A DNA stretch of 64,000 nt from Octopus vulgaris (Eukaryota): contig OX597830.1 in the NCBI GenBank assembly GCA_951406725.2, positions 33,356,001-33,420,000 of the forward strand, given 5' to 3'. The notes beneath the pieces are model-generated. The model was not told the DNA's origin, ran no database searches, and was given only the letters and a program-made list of their open reading frames with translations. Of this stretch, positions 53,660 through 64,000 are shown piece after piece. The stretch's first letter is position 1, and every line of letters starts with the position of its first letter. Both the position numbers and the translations under genes were made by a program.

Positions 53660-54570
53660 CATCATCATCATCATCATCATCATCGTCGTTATCATTTACC
53701 ATCGCTTTCCATGCTGGCATGGGTTGGACGGTTTGAGCAGGCTGGCCTGGGTTGGACGGTTTGACCAGGCTGTAAGAAGGCTGGAAGGCTGCGAGCTGGC
53801 AGAAACATTAGCATGCCGGACGAAATTCTTAGCTTTATTTCGTCTGCTGCTACTTTCATCATCATCATCATCATCATCATTTAACGAGTTCAAATTCCGC
53901 TGAGGTCGACTTTGCCTTTCATCCTTTTGGGGTCGATAAATTAAGTACCTATTTCTTTACTACCCACAAGGGGCTAAACACAGAGAGGACAGACAAGGAG
54001 ATTAAGTCGATTACATCGACCCCAGTGCGTAACTGGTACTTAATTTATCAACCCCGAAAGGATGAAAGGCAAAGTCGACGCCGGCGGAATTTGAACTCAG
54101 AACGTAACGGCAGACGAAATACGGCTACGCATTTCGTCCAGCGTGCTAACATTTCAGCCAGCTCACTGCCTTCGATAAATTAAGTACCAGTTACACACTG
54201 GTGTCAATGTAATCAACTTAATCTCCTTGTCTGTCCTTGTTTGTCCCCTCTATATTTAACCCCTTGTGGGCAATAATGAAATAAGATGGCTGGAAGGCTG
54301 CATCAGACTCCAGTCTGATTTGGCATGGTTTCTACTGCTGGATGCCCTTCCTAACACTAACTATTCCAAGAATGTAATAGGTGCTTTTATTTGCCACCAG
54401 CATGGGTGCCATTTGCGTCACACCAGTATCTGCTATGACTGTGATTTTGCTTTGCTTGATGGGTCTTCTTCTCAAGTACGACATAATACCAAAGGTCTTG
54501 GTCATTGCCTCCGTGAGGCCCAACACTCAAAGGAGCTCAGCCACTTTACCTCCATGAGGCCCAACGCTTT
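53660..54570. mobile_element. Multi-level nested retroposon stack (E containing B+ containing B-)
   Basis: Duplicated GGCTGGAAGGCTGC around B+ (about 53779 and 54288); 17-bp TSD TCGATAAATTAAGTACC (53933-53949 and 54172-54188) around B-. Confidence 0.88.
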
Positions 54571-54774
54571 GACTTTCTCTATTCAAAAGGGTTTTCCAAA
54601 CTAAGACTTACTTCAAGATCTAATTCCAAAAAGGATTTATTCCATGTTCTCTGGAAAGTTTATAAATTCTAATGGTACATCATACAATTCTCGATGGTAA
54701 GAACAATGTTTCTGAAAATGTCTCCAGGAGAAGTGGGTTCAACTCTCAATCTTCGACTTTTTCTTTCCAAAAGA

Positions 54775-54995
54775 GCTTTGCAACCTGATATTTATATGCA
54801 CATCTATGATGTTTTGCTCAGTTCTGCAGGTTGTGGGTCTCCCAGAAAATTTGTCAATATCAACATTTTTTGGGCCATCTTGCAAACGTCTGAACCACTC
54901 GTACACATCTGTGTAGCTCATACACTCCTCTCCATACCATTTCTGCATCCTTACATAGGCTTCTATTTTAACCCTGTGCCACAAATACCTTGTAA
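54775..54995 (-). mobile_element. Mariner transposase N-terminal fragment related to 26583-27466
   Basis: EAYVRMQKWYGEECMSYTDVYEWFRRLQDG..NVDIDKFSGRPTTCRTEQNIIDV. Confidence 0.85.
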
Positions 54996-55009
54996 GCAAA
55001 TTTGGGTCA

Positions 55010-55295
55010 CAGAACTTATTCTATCGGTCTCTTTTGCTGAACTGCTAAGTTACGGTGATGTAAGCAATGTTGGGGGGACAAACACAGACACACAAACATA
55101 TACACACACAAACACATACACATACACACACATATATATGACGGGCTCCTTTCAGTTTCTGTCTACCAAATCCACTCGCAAGGCTTCGGTCGACCCAAGG
55201 CTATAGTAGAAGACACTTGCCCAAGGTGCCACGCAGTGGAACTGAACCTGGAACCATATGGTTCATAAGCAAGCTACTTACCATACAGCCACTCC
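55010..55295 (-). mobile_element. SINE family A, 3'-truncated
   Basis: Reverse head and body. Confidence 0.85.
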
Positions 55296-56164
55296 TAGCA
55301 TGGTTGCAGTTTTATGACAGACAGGAGTAAAAAATATTGCGTTAAAAAAATCTGTAAATAAGTTTTATTAATTAATAACATTTCATTTTAGGTCAACCAA
55401 ACCATAAACTTCGCTAAGCTAAACAAATCTGGTGCTTTCATTATTTTGCCAAACCCTCTAAATATATATACATATTCGTGAGGATTATTATTTTATCATT
55501 ATCTGATATGGTCTCTTGAGTATGTATGTTCATATCCCTATATAAGATGAGGTTGATTAAGCTGTACTTTAATCAGTTTCTAGTGTCACTATACACTTGC
55601 ACTGTTACCCCCACCTCGTGCAGTATTTTCTAGAACAGGACATCTTGCAAACTCATTATTATTTTTTTTTATTTTCGTTTTTTTTTTTTAATTTTTAAAA
55701 TTTTTTCTTTCAAACTGTAGAGTTATGTTAAACAGCTGGTGATGCATGTAGAACAGATCCCTCTATCAACCAAGGATCACTGCCCCCCCCCCACCACCAC
55801 CACCATCCCAACCCCACATTCACACCTCATTTCTTTGACTGCAAGGAGTAGGCAGCAGTTTTTTTTAACCATCTGGTGGCTATAGTAAAAAACATCATAG
55901 TTTAACAGACAATATTAGAAGACAGAAAGCATGCCTTCTCTGACCAACACCTCATCAGCTTTTTCCATATTTTACTTTTAGAAAAAGGTTAATTTGCAGG
56001 AAGGTAGGTGGGGTATGGATGGACTGGCCGATTATGCCTAAACATGGTATGTAGCTGAAGGTAGGGGAAACACATTTGGGAGAAGGCAATTGTCTTTGAT
56101 AGTAAGGATTATTCCAGACCAGTGGTGTTCCTTGATTCCCTCCAAGTAGTTTTCCCTCTCTATT

Positions 56165-56375
56165 CCTTTCTACTCTAGGCAAAAGGCCCGATATTTTTGG
56201 GGAGTGAGCCAGTGGATTAGATCAGCCACAGTATACAACTGGTACATAATTTATTGACCTTGAAAGTATGAAAGGCAAAGTCAAACTCAGTGGGATTTGA
56301 ACTCAGAACATAAAAAGACGAAATACCACTAAGCATTTCGCCCAGTATGCTAACATTTCTGCCAGCTCGCCACCT
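56165..56375 (-). mobile_element. SINE family B
   Basis: Full reverse copy ending CTGCCAGCTCGCCACC. Confidence 0.85.
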
Positions 56376-56523
56376 TGTCTGCCCTCTATATTGTAATGTC
56401 TCATTTCATACATTTTGTCCTATTCTGCTTTTCCATGCCTTTCTATTTTCGTTCTTGTTTTTGCATGATTTCAAATAAAACTCCAGTGTTTTTGTGATTT
56501 ATTCTAGTAATAATTTATCCTAG

Positions 56524-56905
56524 TGTGGATGCGCAATGGCCCAGTGGTTAGGGCAGCAGACTCGTGATTGTAGGATTGTGGTTTTGATTCCCAGACCGGG
56601 TGTTATGAGTGTTTATAGAACAAAAATACCTAAAGCTCTATGAGGCTCTGGCATGGGGTGGTGGCAAACCCTGCTATATTCTTTCATCACAACTTTCTCT
56701 CACTCTTACTTTCTGTTTCTGTTGTACCTGTATTTTAAAGGGCAATCCTTGTCACACTCTGTGTCATGCTGAATCTCCCCGAGAACTATGTTGAAGGTAC
56801 ACGTGTCTGTGGAGTGCTCAGCCACTTGCACGTTAATTTCATAAGTAGGCTGTTCCTTTGACCAGATCAACTGGAACCCTCATCGTCATAATCGACAGAG
56901 TGCCA
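56524..56905 (+). mobile_element. SINE family C1
   Basis: End-to-end homologue of 13097-13466. Confidence 0.85.
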
Positions 56906-56954
<49 letters not shown>

Positions 56955-58169
56955 ATGTGTGCGGTGCCTAGTAGTGCTATTTTCTTTATGTTATGTATAC
57001 TTGTAAGTCCTGCTGTTTTGGTTATATATTTGTCTCTCTGAGATTGATGATAGAGAGTGGACTACTTAGATGCTATCTTTGTCAGAATAAAATGCATTTT
57101 AGATCTGAATGTCTCAAAAAATTGAAAGTTTAAATAAAAACAAAGGAAATGAAAACAAAATGAAAAAATACCAACAGCAAAATGAACAATTGGCACCTGT
57201 TTCTAAAACATCATGAGGCAAAATTTTAGGAATAGTAAAATAAATATCTTTAGGCACAGTATCTCAAATAGATGAACAAATATCTTGTCTTGTAGTAATT
57301 TCAATTTATAATACCACTCCTCTGTTGTAAAACGAGGAAGAAATATTTACTAATAAAAATATAAAGGGAAAAAGACACAGCCAATAAAAACCAAAGCAGG
57401 TGAGGTAGAACAATTTCGTCTAAGTGACAATGAAAATCTCTTTTCTAAAAAAATAAGGAAGTAACTGCAGAAGATGAAGATGAACTAAAACTCATTGTTT
57501 ATTTGAAAATCAAAGAGTTAGCTGACAAAATTATATATCCCCGATATTATGAGTTCTTAGAAGAAGATAGAATGACACAAAAACAGTCAGGTTCACAATA
57601 TAAATTATATTCAAAAGATAGGTTGCTAGTAAAATTAAAATTAAGATATATTAAACTTTAAAAAGAATACTAATTAGATGGGGTCATGGAACACCCAACT
57701 TAACCATACCAGAAAATCTTTCATCCATGTTTTTTTTTAAATTGCATTCTATTAGATTATTGTCTTTAATTATACTTCCCTTTTGTTTCCATGCAAATAT
57801 TTGCATTCATTAATATGTGTATATGTATGCATATGTATGTACATGTATGTATATGCATGTATTTATATGTAAACATATATACATACATATATGCACACAC
57901 ACACATAAATATGTATAAATATTGGTGCATGTGTTTGTGAGTACCCTTCAAAATTTCTTAATATGTCCTTCCATATATTCTGTAAGATCTTTTGCCCTTC
58001 CCTTTATATTTGTAAATATACATATCTTTTTCCCATTCTATGTTATCCCTTCTTTTCTTGTAACCCTCAGTGAAAGTATTTTCCTTTTTGCATCTCTTCA
58101 AAGTCATATGGCTAAAGATAATAATAATAATAATAATAGTAATAATAATAACAACAACAATAACAATTT

Positions 58170-58378
58170 CTATTGAAGGCACTAGGCCTGAAATTAGGGG
58201 AGAAGGGACAAGTCGATTACATCAAACCTAGTGTTTCACTGGTACTTAATTTATTGACCCCAAAAGGATGAAAGTCAAAGTTGACTTCAGCAGAATTTGA
58301 ACTTAGAACGTAAAGACAGACAAAATGCCACTAAGCATTTTGCCCGACACGCTAACGATTCTGCCAGCGCATCCCCTT
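58170..58378 (-). mobile_element. SINE family B
   Basis: Full reverse copy flanked by (AAT)n. Confidence 0.85.
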
Positions 58379-58588
<210 letters not shown>

Positions 58589-58720
58589 CAACAAGAGATT
58601 GCCTAAACCAAGTCACAAAGCAAATGCATAATCTGTGGGAATGGAGATGAAAGTATTAATAATCTCATAAGTGAATGTAGTAAGCTAGCATAAAAATGAG
58701 TATAAATGCAGGTAGAATCG
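58589..58720 (+). mobile_element. R4/Dong-clade LINE zinc-knuckle fragment
   Basis: SKCIICGNGDESINNLISECSKLA*..EYKCR resembles the KCRxC...ETINHIISEC..LA..EYK.RH knuckle; abuts (AAT)n. Confidence 0.65.
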
Positions 58721-58910
58721 ATAGCATGCTTGATGAAGTGCTTAGCAGTATTTTATCTGTTGCTATGTTCTGAGTTCAAATTCTGCCAAGGTCAACTTTC
58801 ATCCTTTCACATTCAATAAAATAAATATCAGTCAAGCACTGGGGTCAATATAATCGACTTTCCCCCTCCCTCTAAAATTACAGCCCTGTGCTTATAACAG
58901 AAAGGGTTAT
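58721..58910 (+). mobile_element. SINE family B
   Basis: TTCTGAGTTCAAATTCTGCC...CTGGGGTCAATATAATCGACT. Confidence 0.8.
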
Positions 58911-59144
58911 TATTATTAGTAGTAGTAGTAGTAGTAGTAGTAGTAGGAGGAGGAGGAGGAGGAGGAGGAGGAGGAATGGGAGGGGGGAGAGGAGAGGAGC
59001 AGCAGCAGAAGGAGGAGTAGAAGGAGGAGGAAAGGAGGAGGAAAGGAGGAGGAGAGGAGGAGGTGGTTGTGGTGGAGGAGGAGGAAAAAGTAGCAGCAAA
59101 AACAGCAGTTGTAGAAGTAGTGGTGATGGTGGTGGTGTTGTTGG

Positions 59145-59175
<31 letters not shown>

Positions 59176-59434
59176 GGTAGTGGTAGTTGTAGTGATGGTG
59201 TTGTGGTGGTGGTGGTGGCATTGGCAATGATAGCAGTAGTGGAGGTAATAAATTCCCTGTTCAGCATTGTTTTTAAATCTGATCCCCCCATGTATATTGA
59301 AGAAGTTTACCAGTAATACACTGAGATTGATTCAGTCAACGTCTATAGCTGCTTTCTGCAACAGTTGGCCACATGCCTAGTCAAATGAAGTAACAATAAT
59401 AATGACAATGGCTACATTAATAACAAAAACAACA

Positions 59435-60900
<1,466 letters not shown>

Positions 60901-61052
60901 TCCTGTATCTATTATGACTGTATTGTATGAAACACTAATATTTTAAGCACATGTTCGTATGTAACGTTTTTGTATCAATAAATCTCTTTCTATTTCTTCT
61001 GTCTATTTATGTATAAATTTAACTATCTTTCTATCTCTCTGTATTTCTATCC

Positions 61053-61104
<52 letters not shown>

Positions 61105-61208
61105 CCGTCTGTTGTCTATCTATATCTCTTTATACTTGTGTACATACTTACTTACTTTCCGATATATTTGATGAAGCATTTCACTGATTCTGCATCTACC
61201 AGTAATAA

Positions 61209-61245
<37 letters not shown>

Positions 61246-61250
61246 TATTA

Positions 61251-61286
<36 letters not shown>

Positions 61287-61409
61287 TGTATGTATGTATG
61301 TATGTATGTATGTATGTCTGTATGTATGTATGTATGTATGTATGTATGTCTGTATGTATGTATGTATGTCTGTATGTATGTCTGTATGTATGTATGTATG
61401 TATATTTTG

Positions 61410-61675
61410 CCAGTGCAGGTGGCACGTAAAAAACACCATTTTGAGCATGGTCGTTGCCGATACCTCCAGACTGGCCCTCGTGCTGGTGACACGTAACAGC
61501 ATCCACTACTCTCTCGGAGTGGTTGGCATTAGGAAGGGCATCCAGCTGTAGAAATTCCGCCAGATCAGAATGGAGCCTGGCGCAGCCATCTAGTTCGCCA
61601 GTCCTCAGTCAAATCGTCCAACCCATGCTAGCATGGAAAGCAGACGTTAAAGTATGATGATGATGATGATGATAC
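61410..61675 (+). mobile_element. Family E, well preserved
   Basis: GGAGTGGTTGGCATTAGGAAGGGCATCCAGCTGTAGAAA...CCATGCTAGCATGGAAAGCAGACGTTAAAG-(GAT)n. Confidence 0.88.
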
Positions 61676-61990
61676 ATAATTAACATTTTATGTGTCCTGT
61701 TTTTTTAAAATCGGCACAGTCTATTTCTGGATATCATTAGAGGCCACCAGAAGGGTTGCTGTCAGGAAAAGGGGCAGTCAGTAAAATGTTCCCTTAAAAA
61801 TTATTGTCCCTAGCATAGAGGAGTAGATATAAAACAACGTTGATGAAGGTGATGATGATGACAATGATGATGATGTTGATGATGTTCAACATAAACAGAG
61901 AGAGAGAAAATAATAACATGTTAAGTGGCTAGCGATCAATCATATATAAATATATATACACACACATATTCATATATATACACATACATA

Positions 61991-62025
<35 letters not shown>

Positions 62026-62519
62026 AGATTCTTTTGCTTTCCATTGACCAAATCCACTCACAAGGTTCTGGTTGGCCTAAGGCTATATTAGAAGACACTC
62101 ACCCAAGGTGTCACAGTTCAATGTCAGTGAATATATTCAAAATTATCGTTAAAATCTATCAACAACTTAAATTATTTAAAACAATTTTATTGCAATTTCT
62201 ATGTCAGTACTGCAAAAGGAAGTGCCCCCTTTTTTCCCCTTTTCTTTAGTAAGAATCTTTAATCTTTATCTTCTGAATTTTTCAGTTGTGTAATCATTCA
62301 AAAGATTTAGTTAAACTTTATGAAATCATTGGATGCAATATTTTACATTCAATCCAAATGTTTTTAAGACTTAAAAGGTGTGTTATACAGAGATGATAAC
62401 GTATTAATTTCTAGAAATATAAACATTAACAAGCTGATAAATTTACAAAACATCTTATTGAGTTATTCAAAGGATTAAATTTAAAGTGTTTGGTTGGCCC
62501 ACATTATTTTGTAAGGAGC

Positions 62520-62735
62520 TTAGGGCTGGTTTCCTTGTTTCTTTGGCGTATATATTGCTTCCTGGATGTGATACCAGTCCATCACAGAATTACACATTGT
62601 TTCCAGTTGAGTGGACTGGAGCAACGGGAAAAGAAAATTTGCTCAAGAACACAATGTATCACTCAGTCCAGAAATCAAAATCACATTCTTGCAATCTTGC
62701 AATCCAATACCCTAACCACTAGGCCATACACTTCC
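62520..62735 (-). mobile_element. Diverged SINE with D-like CORE region and C2-like tail
   Basis: Reverse of TGGCCTAGTGGTTAGGG...GTTCTTGAGCAAA...CCAGTCCACTCAACTG...GATGGACTGG...TATACGCCAAAGAAAC. Confidence 0.6.
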
Positions 62736-64000
62736 ACAAACTAAACAGCTGTCAACCTTAAATTAGCTAATGTTTTGGACATTGCCTCAAACTCAAAATC
62801 TAAAAAGTACCATCATTATAGAAAGCAAACAGCAATAGAGTAACATAAAATTGCATTACATGCCAACCATATAACATTTGGAAATTACTATTTTTATATC
62901 TCACAAAGAGAGATGTTCAGCAACAGTACTTTGGAGTAAAGATTGCTTGCCAACATAACATAGCAGTCATGATTTAGGATGAATGTTGCTGTAATATAGC
63001 ATTCGTTTGCTTAGTATATCATACACTAAATGTCTTTCAACAATATTGGAAGTTAAAATAATAATTCTTTAAGAAATAGTGATTTTTAAGGATAATATTA
63101 TGAAAGGAAAAGTTAAAACAACCACTAAAATCATACATTAGGAAACACAAGATCCTATGGTACAATCCTCCTTTTGATTTTGGTGTAAGTACTTGTATAG
63201 ATGAATATCTTTTGAAGTTAGCAGAAATACTGATGTATCTAGTTAAAGTATTATTTGATAGGTCAGGGCAGTAGATAAGCATAAATCAGGTCATCTAGAC
63301 ATTTAGCTGATCATCTGAGCAGACCCAAAGTATGTCATCTGAATTGTCATTCATGATAAAATACATAGAAAGCGTTTCACTTACTGGAAAATAAACAAGT
63401 TTTCTGTGTGAAAACAGCGATCAGATTAGCAAATAGGTGAATGAGAACTGAAGAGGACAATTACCAACAATCAGTGGCAGGTCACTCTGAAGAGGAACAA
63501 TTGAGTACAACTGATAGTATACAGAAAAGGATTAGAGAAAAATCACATTAAATTAGCAAGGTGTATGATCAGAAGATTCGATTGGTTTCACCACGGACAT
63601 GCCAGTGACCAAACAGTGCTCAACTATTTGTCCTGCATGATACATGAAAATTACATTGTCAGAGTTACAGAGCATTCTCTTAGAAATGAGGGATTCCAAG
63701 TACCAAAGGCAAGGGGTCGAAACAAATCCACAATTAGATATTTAAAGGACCTCAATGAATGTTGGCTATTTGTTTCAAAGTGGTGGACATGCATGGTTTT
63801 CCAGCAGCTTGCTGTCCAATTATTTGAGGTTATATGATAGGGTGGAGGTGGCGAACATTGCCACCTACCTTTCTAGTATTCTACAGTCCTCAGTGGAAGA
63901 GACTTGCAAAAAACTGATAATGGTTATTGTGCCGGTGCCATGTAAAAAGCATCAGGTATACTCTGTAATGTGGATGGTATTAGGAATGAGCTCGCTGAAT

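Noticed and set aside
58878-59316. Pro/Gly/Arg-rich 137-142 aa ORFs
   Set aside because: Compound (AGT)/(AGG)/(GGT) trinucleotide repeats.
63300-63840. Possible very old mariner catalytic-domain relic (WFHH..A, F.KW)
   Set aside because: Too degenerate to support without an alignment.

Overview
AT-rich, microsatellite-saturated eukaryotic non-coding DNA. The repeat families and (TA)n/(CA)n/(ATAG)n/(AAT)n/(CAT)n load resemble a coleoid cephalopod (Octopus-like) intron or intergenic region; this is inference, not a database result. No intact protein-coding gene is recognisable, and nearly all ORFs in the track are translated microsatellites or SINEs. The window holds dozens of copies of about five short retroposon families (labelled A-E here), fragments of RTE and R4/Dong-like LINEs, Tc1/mariner relics (one DD37D maT-type, one long-TIR mariner), Helitron/Helentron-like non-autonomous elements, foldback MITEs, and a few isolated exon-like segments on both strands. 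The least obvious signal is a set of about eight hammerhead-ribozyme-like motifs (CUGANGA...GAAA...NUH) of the minimal Penelope/retrozyme kind, found in at least six dissimilar sequence contexts. One folds in the type II topology that is unusual in animals. Coordinates of degenerate repeats are approximate, read by eye.
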